Source: Candidatus Hestiella acidicharens (GTDB taxonomy: Archaea; Thermoproteota; Thermoprotei_A; Sulfolobales; Acidilobaceae). From it: 64,000 nt of DNA. The notes beneath the pieces are model-generated. The model was not told the origin of the DNA, searched no databases, and saw only the letters and a list, made by a program, of their open reading frames with translations. Made by a program: the position numbers and the translations under genes. The DNA is taken from positions 1,588-65,587 of the forward strand of contig JAALXO010000075.1 in assembly GCA_035161305.1 (NCBI GenBank). The letters run 5' to 3'. This document shows positions 41,278 to 50,497 of the stretch, in pieces. Position 1 is the stretch's first letter. Every line of letters starts with the position of its first letter.

Positions 41278-41821
41278 CTTTTATTGCACCAAGTACCTTC
41301 CCAAAGGTTTCGCTCGGTCCCTTATCTGTATCGTTTATTATTATATAGTCGGAGAGAGCAATTACTTCCCCAATCCCATACTCTAGGTTCTTCATATCCC
41401 TAAACTTAAATTCATCGAGCGTTATTCCTTTACCACCCCTATTCCTTTCCATGACCCTTTTAAACCTTACTGCCGGCGGTGCATGAATTGCGATTAGGCA
41501 CACGTCATATTTTTTCTCTATAACCTCAATCTCTTCCAAGCTCCTTATACCATCTATTAATATAACATTACTATTACAACCCTCTATTTTTTTGAGGAGC
41601 AGTAATGCTACTATACCTTTGCCCTGCTTCTCCCTTAGCTCTGTCGCAACCCTTTCAATATTTTCTATAGTTAAAGGCAAGCCCCTTAAGGAAACTTCTT
41701 CCCTTACCACATCTCCCATTGCAAATACAGGTGCTTTTATAGCATCGGAAATGAGCTTTGAGTAGTAACTCTTCCCACTTCCAGGCATACCGGTAATCGC
41801 TATGGCAAGCCTTCCCTTCAG
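41225..41821 (-). CDS. UPF0200 / dephospho-CoA kinase-like P-loop kinase (start uncertain, possibly CTG at 41821)
   Basis: AIAITGMPGSGKS Walker A extends upstream of the track start; MGDVVREE, IDGIRS, E...GIGEVIALSDY. Confidence 0.85.
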   Translation of the reverse strand: MKGRLAIAITGMPGSGKSYYSKLISDAIKAPVFAMGDVVREEVSLRGLPLTIENIERVATELREKQGKGIVALLLLKKIEGCNSNVILIDGIRSLEEIEVIEKKYDVCLIAIHAPPAVRFKRVMERNRGGKGITLDEFKFRDMKNLEYGIGEVIALSDYIIINDTDKGPSETFGKVLGAIKDGSWKSYCRGGVKAYRG

Positions 41822-41832
41822 CTTTGTCCACC

Positions 41833-42315
41833 TTACAGCTTGTATCGGAACTTTCTCAGCAGCTCCTTTCTTTCTACCTTGTCATCATCGGCTTCCACGC
41901 CGAGTGGTTTAAAACCATCTGAGACTCCCAAAAGTGCAGCGCTTTCTCCTAAATCTGCTACAATAACCTTTAGTGGATTTGATGTAGCTACGTAGAGCGA
42001 AACTATCTCCTGTACGCCTTTCAACGAGTTTAACACGTTTATTGGCCAAGACTCCTTTATATAAATAACAAATACATGACCTACTGATATTGTTTTGCAT
42101 GCATTTATTGCAAGGTTTATTAAATCTTCATGATTTCCTTCATGCCTGATGAGCCTCTTTCCAGAAGCCTCGCAAAAAGCTAACCCGAATTTTATTGATG
42201 GGCAGCTTGTTATCAACGATTCATATATATCCTCGACACTTTTTATGAAGTGACTCTGACCAATTATTATGCTTGTTTCTTCAGGAATGGGTACTTCCAA
42301 AACCTTTATTTCCAA
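41833..42315 (-). CDS. Adenosine-specific kinase family protein (DUF355)
   Basis: IIGQSHFIKSVEDIYE, FGLAFCEASGKRLIR, GHVFVIY, WPINVLN, LGVSDG. Confidence 0.9.
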   Translation of the reverse strand: MEIKVLEVPIPEETSIIIGQSHFIKSVEDIYESLITSCPSIKFGLAFCEASGKRLIRHEGNHEDLINLAINACKTISVGHVFVIYIKESWPINVLNSLKGVQEIVSLYVATSNPLKVIVADLGESAALLGVSDGFKPLGVEADDDKVERKELLRKFRYKL

Positions 42316-42366
42316 GCTTTCTCACCGAGAAAACTGATGCTTCAAGAAATTTAAATGCCTTTTTAC

Positions 42367-42900
42367 CTAATCTTCTTGCGAAAGCGATCTTAGCCTCTCG
42401 ATAAATCCAACTTTCTTCAGCAATTCCAAGAGGTATTCCGGTACGCAACTTATTTGTTCCCCTCTATTGTCTATTATGTTTTTTCTTATTATGGTTCCTT
42501 TACATACGTCTCTTTTATAAATGTTGGGAATGAGGGTTGAATACCCCATGTCTTTGAATAGGCTCAAAACTAATGGGTTTCCAGAGACTACCCCGTCAAA
42601 CTCTGGTAGCAACATCCTTAAATATTGTACCCAGACCTTATTCATCTCAGTGTCTATAACCGGTGCTATGAATATCCTCTTGCAGTAGTCATCTCCAAAT
42701 TCCCTTTCAAACGCAACCCTTAGCAGCATTATCCTTTCCCCTGCAGTTAGTGGATTCCTTATAGTATAGCTTTCCTGTGCAGACCCCACTACAACTATAA
42801 CTTCCCTTGAGGATTCCAGGGCGTATTCTATTGCCTTTATGTGTCCATAGTGTACTGGCTGAAACCTCCCTGGAAACACGAGCCTATTAAATGTCTTCAT
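42367..42900 (-). CDS. nadM: Nicotinamide-nucleotide adenylyltransferase
   Basis: FPGRFQPVHYGH, VGSAQES...NPLTAGER, SGNPLV; start moved to ATG 42900. Confidence 0.93.
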   Translation of the reverse strand: MKTFNRLVFPGRFQPVHYGHIKAIEYALESSREVIVVVGSAQESYTIRNPLTAGERIMLLRVAFEREFGDDYCKRIFIAPVIDTEMNKVWVQYLRMLLPEFDGVVSGNPLVLSLFKDMGYSTLIPNIYKRDVCKGTIIRKNIIDNRGEQISCVPEYLLELLKKVGFIERLRSLSQED

Positions 42901-42959
42901 TACATGTCCCCCTTGTATAGAATTTTTTAGCCTATAAAATATTATAATATTGGAGCGTA

Positions 42960-43952
42960 ATGAAAGCATTTAAAACTTTAGATGAAAAGGTGTTTGGATA
43001 TAAGGTTTCGGAGGAGGCCCTAAGTCTGTCGAGAAGGTTTGGATATGCTAGCTACATAGTCGAGAGATATTTAAGGCTCTTGGGCATGGAAGAGACGGAG
43101 GAGCTGCTAAAGGTAAATGAGAGACCTATGCCAAAAAGCTATAGGTGCAACGATTTTTTAATAGCTTGTGATGAAGTGGAGAAGAGGCTAAAGGAAAAGG
43201 AGTTCTTGGTAAGCAAGATCCCCTTTCTTCCCCACGGATATGAGGTCGTCTTCTCTCCCTATAGCCTTGGCGCGACCCATGAATATATGATGGGATATTA
43301 CTACATACAGGATCCAGGTTCAATGCTAGTAGCATACCTCTTAGATCCAAGGAAATATACCACAATAGTTGATATGGCAGCTGCGCCAGGCGGAAAGGCA
43401 ACCCAGATACTGCAATTAACGGAGGACTCCTCTAGGTTGATAGCAGTTGAATATAAGAGGAAGAGAATAAAGGCTTTGAGGTCAAACTTACAGAGAATGG
43501 GCTTTTCAAATTACTTAATCTTAAGGCATGATGCCAGAAAACTCAAAATAAAGGAGGCTGATAAGATCTTGCTAGACTCACCTTCATCAGGTGAGGGGAT
43601 AATTAGGAAGGATCCAGGTAGGAAGGCAAGGTATACTAGGGATGACCTAAAGAAAATACATACAATTCAATATGAACTCCTAAACAAGGCGTTCGACTTG
43701 GTAAAGAAAGGCGGTGAGGTCTTGTATGCTGCATGCTCAACAGCTATAGAGGAAGGCGAATACGTAATACACAAGGTTTTAGAGAGAAGGAAGGACGTCG
43801 AGGTGTTGCATGTCACTTCGCCTATTGGAGATAAGGCTTTTGTGGAGTATAACGGGGTTGAGTTTAATGTGGAGGTGTCTAAGTGCATAAGGCTCTGGCC
43901 ACACAAGCACTGGACCGAGGGGTTTTTCATATGCAAGATGAGGAGAATTTAG
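42960..43952 (+). CDS. RsmB/NOP2-family RNA m5C methyltransferase
   Basis: GYYYIQDPGSML, DMAAAPGGKATQ, LLDSPSSGEG, YAACS..IEEGE, LWPH.H.TEGFF; the usual motif IV Cys (DAPC) reads DSPS. Confidence 0.9.
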   Translation: MKAFKTLDEKVFGYKVSEEALSLSRRFGYASYIVERYLRLLGMEETEELLKVNERPMPKSYRCNDFLIACDEVEKRLKEKEFLVSKIPFLPHGYEVVFSPYSLGATHEYMMGYYYIQDPGSMLVAYLLDPRKYTTIVDMAAAPGGKATQILQLTEDSSRLIAVEYKRKRIKALRSNLQRMGFSNYLILRHDARKLKIKEADKILLDSPSSGEGIIRKDPGRKARYTRDDLKKIHTIQYELLNKAFDLVKKGGEVLYAACSTAIEEGEYVIHKVLERRKDVEVLHVTSPIGDKAFVEYNGVEFNVEVSKCIRLWPHKHWTEGFFICKMRRI

Positions 43953-44437
43953 CTTTGCTTCCTAAACATGACTTGAAAAGGGTAGAGGACTTTGCGAAGG
44001 CACTTGGAATACCGCTCTCTTCTTTTCTTTCAAACCCAGTATTCCTCTCGAGAAATGGAAGAAAGGATGTCTTTGATTTACCCCTTTTTCCGAAGTTTGT
44101 TGTGAAAAAGTACCTTTATTCGCTAGGCTTTTATGTAGGCTATATCAAGGACAAGGTTTTTTACCCAAGCCTAATACTATCAAAGAGGCTTTCGAGGTTG
44201 TGCTTTTTAGGGATATGTAACAGGGTTGATGATTTTGGAGAAAAGGTGTTTTTGTATAATAGGAGGGTTTTTGAAGAACATATAGCAGAATTCCGTAAGG
44301 GTATCTCTATTGTTGTAAATGAAAGAGGCGAACCCCTCGGTTGGGGCGTAGGCAAAGCTATATATGTGAAAAATAAAGAAATTAAAGTAGTTGACCCACT
44401 AAAAGATTTGGGATGGTATTTAAGAAGAGGTGGATGA
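43931..44437 (+). CDS. PUA/NIP7-like domain protein
   Basis: GEKVFLYNRRV, VVNERGEPLGWG, DLGWYLRRGG end; coupled to RsmB gene. Confidence 0.8.
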   Translation: MQDEENLALLPKHDLKRVEDFAKALGIPLSSFLSNPVFLSRNGRKDVFDLPLFPKFVVKKYLYSLGFYVGYIKDKVFYPSLILSKRLSRLCFLGICNRVDDFGEKVFLYNRRVFEEHIAEFRKGISIVVNERGEPLGWGVGKAIYVKNKEIKVVDPLKDLGWYLRRGG

Positions 44438-45200
44438 GATGGTGTTTAATGATGGAGACTTCGTGCTGATAAACTACACGATAAGGGTAAGGGAAGATGG
44501 AGACTATAAGGTGCAAGACACGACGTATCTTGAAGAAGCAAAGGCCTCGGGAATTTTCGACCCAAACAGGAGCTATGGACCATATCTTGTTGTTGTTGGA
44601 AAGAGTCACTTGATAGAGGCAGTCGATGAGGAAATTAAAAAAATGGAGGTTGGGCAGAAAAAGGAGATCATGGCACCGCCAGAAAAAGCCTATGGAGAAG
44701 TTAAGGGGGACCTTATAATAAAAATACCTTTGAGACAGCTTAAAAGATACAACATACCTGCTAAGGTCGGTCAGAAGGTTGAACTTGGTGGCAGGGTTGG
44801 GGTTATAAAGAGAATAGCGGAAAGGTTTGCATATATAGACTTTAACCACCCCTTAGCTGGCAAGGAGCTATCAATATCGCTAGAAGTCGTAAGGAAGATA
44901 GATACTATGGAAGATAAGGTGAAATACCTAGCAGAGAGGTGGCTTGGCCTAAAAGACAAGGTTGCCGTAGAGTCTAAAGACGACTCTTTAAACATAAACC
45001 TTCCAGGGGAAGCGATAGGGGTGGTTGACCTTGAGTCAAAGCTACAGCTCCTCCTTAGGGACATTTACCAATATATCGGTTCAAAGGAGGTAAACATTAA
45101 TATTAAGGTTAAGTATGCTGGCGGGGAAAAGGAAGAAAAGAAGGAAGAAAAAGGGGAAAAGGAAGAAGAAGGGGAGGCTAAGGGAGAAGCTAAGGCCTAG
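44430..45200 (+). CDS. FKBP-type peptidyl-prolyl isomerase (long archaeal SlyD-like)
   Basis: GDFVLINYT, PPEKAYG, IDFNHPLAGKEL; acidic C-terminal tail. Confidence 0.93.
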   Translation: MDEMVFNDGDFVLINYTIRVREDGDYKVQDTTYLEEAKASGIFDPNRSYGPYLVVVGKSHLIEAVDEEIKKMEVGQKKEIMAPPEKAYGEVKGDLIIKIPLRQLKRYNIPAKVGQKVELGGRVGVIKRIAERFAYIDFNHPLAGKELSISLEVVRKIDTMEDKVKYLAERWLGLKDKVAVESKDDSLNINLPGEAIGVVDLESKLQLLLRDIYQYIGSKEVNINIKVKYAGGEKEEKKEEKGEKEEEGEAKGEAKA

Positions 45201-45297
45201 CCTGATTATAACCCTTTCTTATAACCAAATAAACCTTGAGCATAATATTCTTCTTGGGCCAATGAAGCACGATGGGCAGTCTGAAAGGTGGTGAGAT

Positions 45298-46023
45298 ATT
45301 GCAGAACTGAGGTCCAAGATTGTTGCAACAGCCGATATACATTCGCCAAGGTATATTCAGCTGTTTAAGGAATCAATGGAAAGGTTAAACCTTAAGGAAG
45401 AACCCTGCGTTTTTCTCTTAGCTGGTGATATAATAGATAGAGGAGAAAAAGAACAGGCTGGTCTTGTTTTTAATATCATTAATAAAAAGTTCCCGGATAT
45501 AAAGATAATAGCGGTCTTTGGTAACGAAGAATACTCAGAGATATGGGAGGAGCTTAGGGAAACATATCCTGAAGTAACCTGGCTTTCTGATGAATGCACA
45601 GCAATAGATTGTGGCGGTAGGATTGCAATAGTAGGTACTACTGGTGCCTTGGAAAGGCCTACTAGGTGGCAGGCGTTGCACATAAAAAACATTAAAGAAG
45701 TATACGAGAAAAGAATCTCTAATGTAGAGGTATTGCTAAGGGAGGCCAGAAAGAAGGCCAGCAAAGTGATTCTCCTTTCTCATTATGGTCTCTCTAAGGT
45801 TACCTTAAGGGGGGAAAGACCCTCTGCCTATAACTGGCTCTATAGCTCTAGAATGGAGCAGGTTATTGTAAAGCTTAGGCCTGACGTTGCAATCCATGGC
45901 CATGCACATAATGGGACAAAGTTTGCTTTCCTTAAAGGAATACCTATATATAACGTTGCGTTACCGCTAAATAAAGAAATAGTTGTGATACATTTTAAAA
46001 CAATTTTCGATTACTTTAGATGA
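45298..46023 (+). CDS. Metallophosphoesterase (start uncertain; track start 45376 omits motif I)
   Basis: TADIH upstream of ATG, LAGD, VFGNEE, LSHY, HGHAH motifs. Confidence 0.85.
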   Translation: MAELRSKIVATADIHSPRYIQLFKESMERLNLKEEPCVFLLAGDIIDRGEKEQAGLVFNIINKKFPDIKIIAVFGNEEYSEIWEELRETYPEVTWLSDECTAIDCGGRIAIVGTTGALERPTRWQALHIKNIKEVYEKRISNVEVLLREARKKASKVILLSHYGLSKVTLRGERPSAYNWLYSSRMEQVIVKLRPDVAIHGHAHNGTKFAFLKGIPIYNVALPLNKEIVVIHFKTIFDYFR

Positions 46024-46067
46024 TTATCATTTAGGTAGAAACATTTTAAAACAATTTTCGATTACTT
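45990..46067 (+). repeat. 27-bp perfect direct repeat (45990-46016, 46041-46067) with 24-bp spacer
   Basis: ACATTTTAAAACAATTTTCGATTACTT twice. Confidence 0.95.
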
Positions 46068-46077
46068 ATTTGGGGGA

Positions 46078-46152
46078 GCCGCGGTAGTATAGCCCGGCCC
46101 AGTATGCGGGCCCTTCGAGCCCGTGACCCGGGTTCAAATCCCGGCCGCGGCA
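46078..46152 (+). tRNA. tRNA-Glu(UUC), position 33 is C
   Basis: Acceptor GCCGCGG/CCGCGGC, anticodon arm CGGGC-CCTTCGA-GCCCG, T-arm CCGGG-TTCAAAT-CCCGG. Confidence 0.93.
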
Positions 46153-46248
46153 CTAGCGCGGGCCTCTCTATTTCTATTTAGTTGCTTGGTCTGATGTTTC
46201 AATAAATTAATATATCAAAACTTTTAAGTAGATATATCCAAAAGATTT

Positions 46249-46881
46249 TTGGTGAGTAAAATGGCAATACTCTGCTTGCTAAGACATGGAGAGTCCTTGT
46301 GGAACAAGGAAAACAGGTTCACTGGTTGGGTTGACGTGCCCCTAACAGAGAAGGGTAGGCAAGAGGCAATAAGGGCCGGTTTCCTTTTAAAGGACTACAA
46401 GTTCGATGTAGCATACACTAGTGTTTTGCAAAGGGCTATAGAAACGCTTGACTTAGTATTGATGGTCCTTGGATATAAAATACCAGTAATAAAGGATTGG
46501 AGGCTGAATGAAAGGAACTATGGAGACCTACAGGGCTTGAACAAGGCCGAAACCGCAAGGAAATATGGCGACGAGCAAGTAAGAATATGGAGGAGGAGCT
46601 ATAGGGTGAAGCCCCCAAATGGGGAGAGCCTTGAAGATACTCAAAAGAGAACTATTCCCTTCTTCAAGAACGCCATAGCAATGGACTTGAAATACCAGAA
46701 AAATGTCTTAGTAGTTGCGCATGGCAACAGCCTTAGGTCGATAGTTATGTACATCGAGAACATTCCAGAAGACGTTATACCGAAAGTGGAGATACCTACC
46801 GGACAACCTATAATTTATGAAACCGAATGGGATTCCAGCAAGGATGAACTTTCGATAAAGTCTAAGAAGGTCCTTCAGTAG
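46249..46881 (+). CDS. gpmA: 2,3-bisphosphoglycerate-dependent phosphoglycerate mutase
   Basis: [61 protein letters not shown]. Confidence 0.93.
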   Translation: MVSKMAILCLLRHGESLWNKENRFTGWVDVPLTEKGRQEAIRAGFLLKDYKFDVAYTSVLQRAIETLDLVLMVLGYKIPVIKDWRLNERNYGDLQGLNKAETARKYGDEQVRIWRRSYRVKPPNGESLEDTQKRTIPFFKNAIAMDLKYQKNVLVVAHGNSLRSIVMYIENIPEDVIPKVEIPTGQPIIYETEWDSSKDELSIKSKKVLQ

Positions 46882-47284
46882 AGACTTCAGATACTATTTC
46901 CTTTAAGACTTCCTCTGCACTTTTTATGTATTCGTTATCCAATCCGCTGAGCTGTGAGAGGGGCTCGCTTAATGGTTCATAAGAAACAAAGGAATTTTTA
47001 TTTTCGTCTTCCCAGATGAGTACCTTTTGGGGTAGATAAAGGCCAGCCCTCATATCATTTCTCATTATCATAGTGCACCTCCTTGGGTTACCAAAGAGGT
47101 AGAGAATGGAGCTATTCAATTTCATGCCGATGCCTTCTGCAGCGTTGCTATAATCTATCCTAGCCATTATGTTCATGCCATTTCTTATTATTAGGCTCTC
47201 CACCTTCCTCTTGAGCTCTTGAAATTCATATTTCGATTTACAGGTTTTCAATAGTCGCCACCGTTTGAGAAAAAAGCATTGCAA
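46862..47284 (-). CDS. DUF302 family protein
   Basis: [17 protein letters not shown]......[13 protein letters not shown]. Confidence 0.85.
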   Translation of the reverse strand: MQCFFLKRWRLLKTCKSKYEFQELKRKVESLIIRNGMNIMARIDYSNAAEGIGMKLNSSILYLFGNPRRCTMIMRNDMRAGLYLPQKVLIWEDENKNSFVSYEPLSEPLSQLSGLDNEYIKSAEEVLKEIVSEVSTEGPS

Positions 47285-47297
47285 CTTAAAACCCTTC

Positions 47298-48329
47298 TTA
47301 GGGTTTTTTAGCTACTACTATTTCCCTATTTAGGCTGGAATGAACGTACATAGCATAATGCTTAACAAGCTTGAAGCCTTTATCCAACGCAAATGAGTGA
47401 GGCTTTTTTTCATAAGGCCCAGCGTAAACTATATATGAACCTCTCTTCAATACTCTCATTGCTTCCTCCAAAAACTTAGAAATGATAAAATCATATCCCA
47501 TCTTCCTTGTGCTTGAAGCCCTTCCGTAAGGGGGATCAGTGGCTATTGCATCAACGCTTTCATCTGCTATAGGGAGCCTTGAGGCATCATGCCTTGCTAC
47601 GCAAAATGAGCTACATTCATTTAGGGCAAGGAAGTTCGTCTTTGAGCCAAGGGTCATTTCTTCACTGATATCCATGCAGAGGGGTCTCGCTATACCAAGC
47701 AAGCAGGCCTCTAATACTATGCCTCCAGTACCGCAGAATGGATCTAGAAGAGTAGAGTCCTTTCTAGCCCTAGACAAGTTTAGAAACAACCTTGACAGGT
47801 ACTGGTCTATTTGCCCTGACCTATTGAAAGGTTTCTTTATATTAGAGAAGGTGCCTTTCTTTTTAGATAGTAGAAGGCCAAATATTGCAACACCTTCAGT
47901 AATTATTACCCTAACAAGGTTTTTCGATTTTGTGGTAGCATTTATACCTATTTTCTCTATTTCCCTCGCCAACGATATTTCTATTTTGCTTAGGCTTAGC
48001 GAAGAGGAGTGACCCTTAAACTTAATTGCATCGACCCTTGCATCCTTTAATCTAAGTACCTTAAGTTTTTGGGCTACTTCAGTGAAGTTAATGTTTTCTA
48101 CGCTATAATAGGCGATGAGCCTTCCAACCTCCTTTACATAAGCAGCTCTTTCCGTTATCCTTTCAGGATCGATCTTGCCACGTATTAGAGAAACTCCATC
48201 GAACCTATATATAAAATTCCATTCGTAATTGTTTGCTTCTAGTATGGCCTCAAGCTCATCGTTAGGAAGCGTTGGATGGAAGCCAGAGAGCAATGCGTAG
48301 TATTCTGTTTGTTCCTTGCCCAAATCCAT
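47298..48329 (-). CDS. tRNA m2G10 methyltransferase (TrmG10/Trm11, THUMP + MTase)
   Basis: LSGFHPTLP..E, LLDPFCGTGGIVLEA, VDAIATDPPYGR, YVHSSLNREI. Confidence 0.88.
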   Translation of the reverse strand: MDLGKEQTEYYALLSGFHPTLPNDELEAILEANNYEWNFIYRFDGVSLIRGKIDPERITERAAYVKEVGRLIAYYSVENINFTEVAQKLKVLRLKDARVDAIKFKGHSSSLSLSKIEISLAREIEKIGINATTKSKNLVRVIITEGVAIFGLLLSKKKGTFSNIKKPFNRSGQIDQYLSRLFLNLSRARKDSTLLDPFCGTGGIVLEACLLGIARPLCMDISEEMTLGSKTNFLALNECSSFCVARHDASRLPIADESVDAIATDPPYGRASSTRKMGYDFIISKFLEEAMRVLKRGSYIVYAGPYEKKPHSFALDKGFKLVKHYAMYVHSSLNREIVVAKKP

Positions 48330-48391
48330 TTCACCTTCTTTCTAGGCAGAGAGTAAATGCTAAAAACCTCTTTATGTGAAAGATACTTGGT

Positions 48392-48488
48392 GCCGCCGTA
48401 GCTCAGACCGGTAGAACCCTGCGTGGGTACCGAAAGCGCTGGCCTTGTAAGCCAGTGGTCGCGGGTTCGAATCCCGCCGGCGGCTCCA
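48392..48488 (+). tRNA. tRNA-Thr(UGU) with 20-nt non-canonical D-arm intron at 22/23 (48415-48434), encoded CCA
   Basis: CTGGC-CTTGTAA-GCCAG; BHB: AGA bulge, CGGU/ACCG helix, AAA bulge, ACCC/GGGU intron stem. Confidence 0.93.
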
Positions 48489-48575
48489 ATTCATATAAGG
48501 TTTCCTTATTGATAACTAAGCTGATTACCTAGCTCTTCGGACTGGTTCAGTTTACTATGGAAGCCTCAAGGAAAT

Positions 48576-48868
48576 ACTATCTGCTTATTTGAGTATTCAA
48601 TTTGACAACTAGGGAAGCATTTAAATGCTTGGGAAAAGTCTGTTAATAAGAAGAAGGAATTGTAATACCTCTCTTCTCCTGCACCGATGAGAATAAGGTT
48701 ACCATCAAGGACTTGAGGTTATGCTTAACTTCCCGTAAGGCGGGTTAAGTGGTACCTGTCGATGTAGCTTTCGATGAACCACCGACAAAGATGAGGTGGA
48801 TGAGGGAGGACCTGTGTATGGTTACCAAAGTTACCAAAATAACGAAAATACCATACACAGGCAACCAC
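48576..48868 (+). repeat. Dispersed repeat family B, copy 2
   Basis: Collinear homology to the reverse complement of 15958-16272, including a 22-nt exact block. Confidence 0.9.
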
Positions 48869-49016
48869 CGCGGAAGACCGACTTTTTGAAGCGAGGAGAA
48901 GACCACGTTATGTTTTATCAAATGTTATACTCTACGCTATATTCTGCAATTAGTGCTACATCCTCTTCGGGATGTCCTTATGTCTTCAATCTCAATCTTC
49001 ACGTTTTCAGTTCTAA

Positions 49017-49342
49017 CTAGAACTCATAGCCTAGTTCGGAGGCTACCTCGGCCATCACTCAAAATCTTTATCTCTTGTTACTAGCCTTTCTCCTCTGTTT
49101 AGTGCTATTGAAGCTATTAGTAAGTCGGCGAATGCTTGAGGCTATCTTCTTTTTAGTAGTTGCAATTGAAGTTCATGGGCGGTAAGGTAGTCTTGCTCTA
49201 CGGGGAATATAACGTTGCCTTGGAAGTGTTTGTAGTATACTATTCGAGGGTACTCTACAAGAGTCACGACAGTTATATCCTCGGTTATGGGCTTCCTCTT
49301 GCGGACCTGGCCTATCGCAATACTGGTATCTAATATTGTCAA
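49017..49342 (-). pseudogene. vapC: VapC (PIN) toxin pseudogene
   Basis: MTILDTSIAI...; in-frame TAG at 49142-49144 followed in the same frame by PQAFADLLIASIALNRGERLVTRDKDFE, then a frameshift. Confidence 0.85.
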
Positions 49343-49566
49343 GATAGCCGCTCCCTCTCATGTCTACGTAGCTCTTTTATGTTGTATTCTCCCACCTCAA
49401 TATCCTCTAATAGCCGCTCCCTCTTCACGCCGAGTTTCACTCTAATCTCTTCAATACTAGTTCGACCCCAGAGCTTCGCTACTACCTCCTCTATAGCTCT
49501 CCGGGCCTCCTCTTCTGAGACCCACGGAGGTAGCCTAACCGTGATGGTTTTTGGTTTACTACTCAT
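49339..49566 (-). CDS. Putative antitoxin partner of VapC
   Basis: Small charged ORF (MSSKPKTITVRLPPWVSEEEARR...) overlapping the PIN gene start by 4 nt. Confidence 0.7.
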   Translation of the reverse strand: MSSKPKTITVRLPPWVSEEEARRAIEEVVAKLWGRTSIEEIRVKLGVKRERLLEDIEVGEYNIKELRRHERERLS

Positions 49567-50497
49567 CACAATCACCCCTCCAAAGAGTAAATACCCACCC
49601 AAACCTTAAAGACCCTCGTGAGCACTTACGCTTACATGAGCTCGCTTACTGTAGTTTAATGCAGGTTCTCAAGTTATCGAAAGTCCTAATATCGATTTCG
49701 CTTACAAACATGACTCAGCAAGTCTGAGATAGTGACACATCCGCGAGCACTACTAACACCTCATGAAGTAATGCCTTGGAAGAAACTATGCTAGCGTGAC
49801 GCTCAGGTCTGGAACGGAGTAGAGATGGAATATTAAGACTGAAAGGAAAGCATACACTTGCGTATAGTAGCATATTTGTTCCAGAGAGGCTATGAAAGAT
49901 TTCTGAGACTTCATGCTCTTTTGACGAGATGTCGCGTCTAAGGTAATATTTCAGTAGACATATGCTATTACACGCGGTTATTTGCGTATAACCATACAAA
50001 GGCTTCCACTGTTAACTCTCGGAGTCTATTTGTGTCATTAACCTCTGCCATTTCTTCGAGGTTGCTCACATGCGGGCTGTGTTATTTGTAAATCCTATGA
50101 ACTATGTAAGCTTTACTCTTTTAATAGTTTATAAATGCTATAACATAAATAAACCCTTATAGGCCTCAGTAAGGAAATTATGGTGCTAGGTGAACACTAT
50201 TTCTCTAGGTTTCTTGTTTCACATGCTAGTGTAGAGGCTCTTGAGCATAGTGCTGCCCCTGGATTTTGGTAGGTAGAAGAGGGTAAGCTTCCTTAACCAG
50301 CAACTGCATGTAGTCTTCGTTAAGCTCGTCCATCAAAACCTTGAGCAAACCATAGAAAGGGGAAGAACACTGTAATGCAATGAAAATAGATCATAATTCC
50401 AGTCGATGGTAAGGAGGCTCAAGGGTTATTTAGACTTAAGTTTATCGCAGGCTTCTGCGTAGATTTATGTTGAGCACTTTGAGGGGTGTAGGAAGAT

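Noticed and set aside
45200-45290. Possible C/D box sRNA (TGAAGC...CTGA)
   Set aside because: No convincing C box or C'/D' pairing
45990-46067. Possible mini-CRISPR (repeat-spacer-repeat)
   Set aside because: Only two units, 24-nt spacer is too short, repeat is part of a CDS/promoter, and there are no cas genes; no CRISPR array was seen anywhere in the window
49715-49999. 94-aa minus-strand ORF in the accessory region
   Set aside because: No recognisable motif or ribosome-binding site; probably decayed sequence
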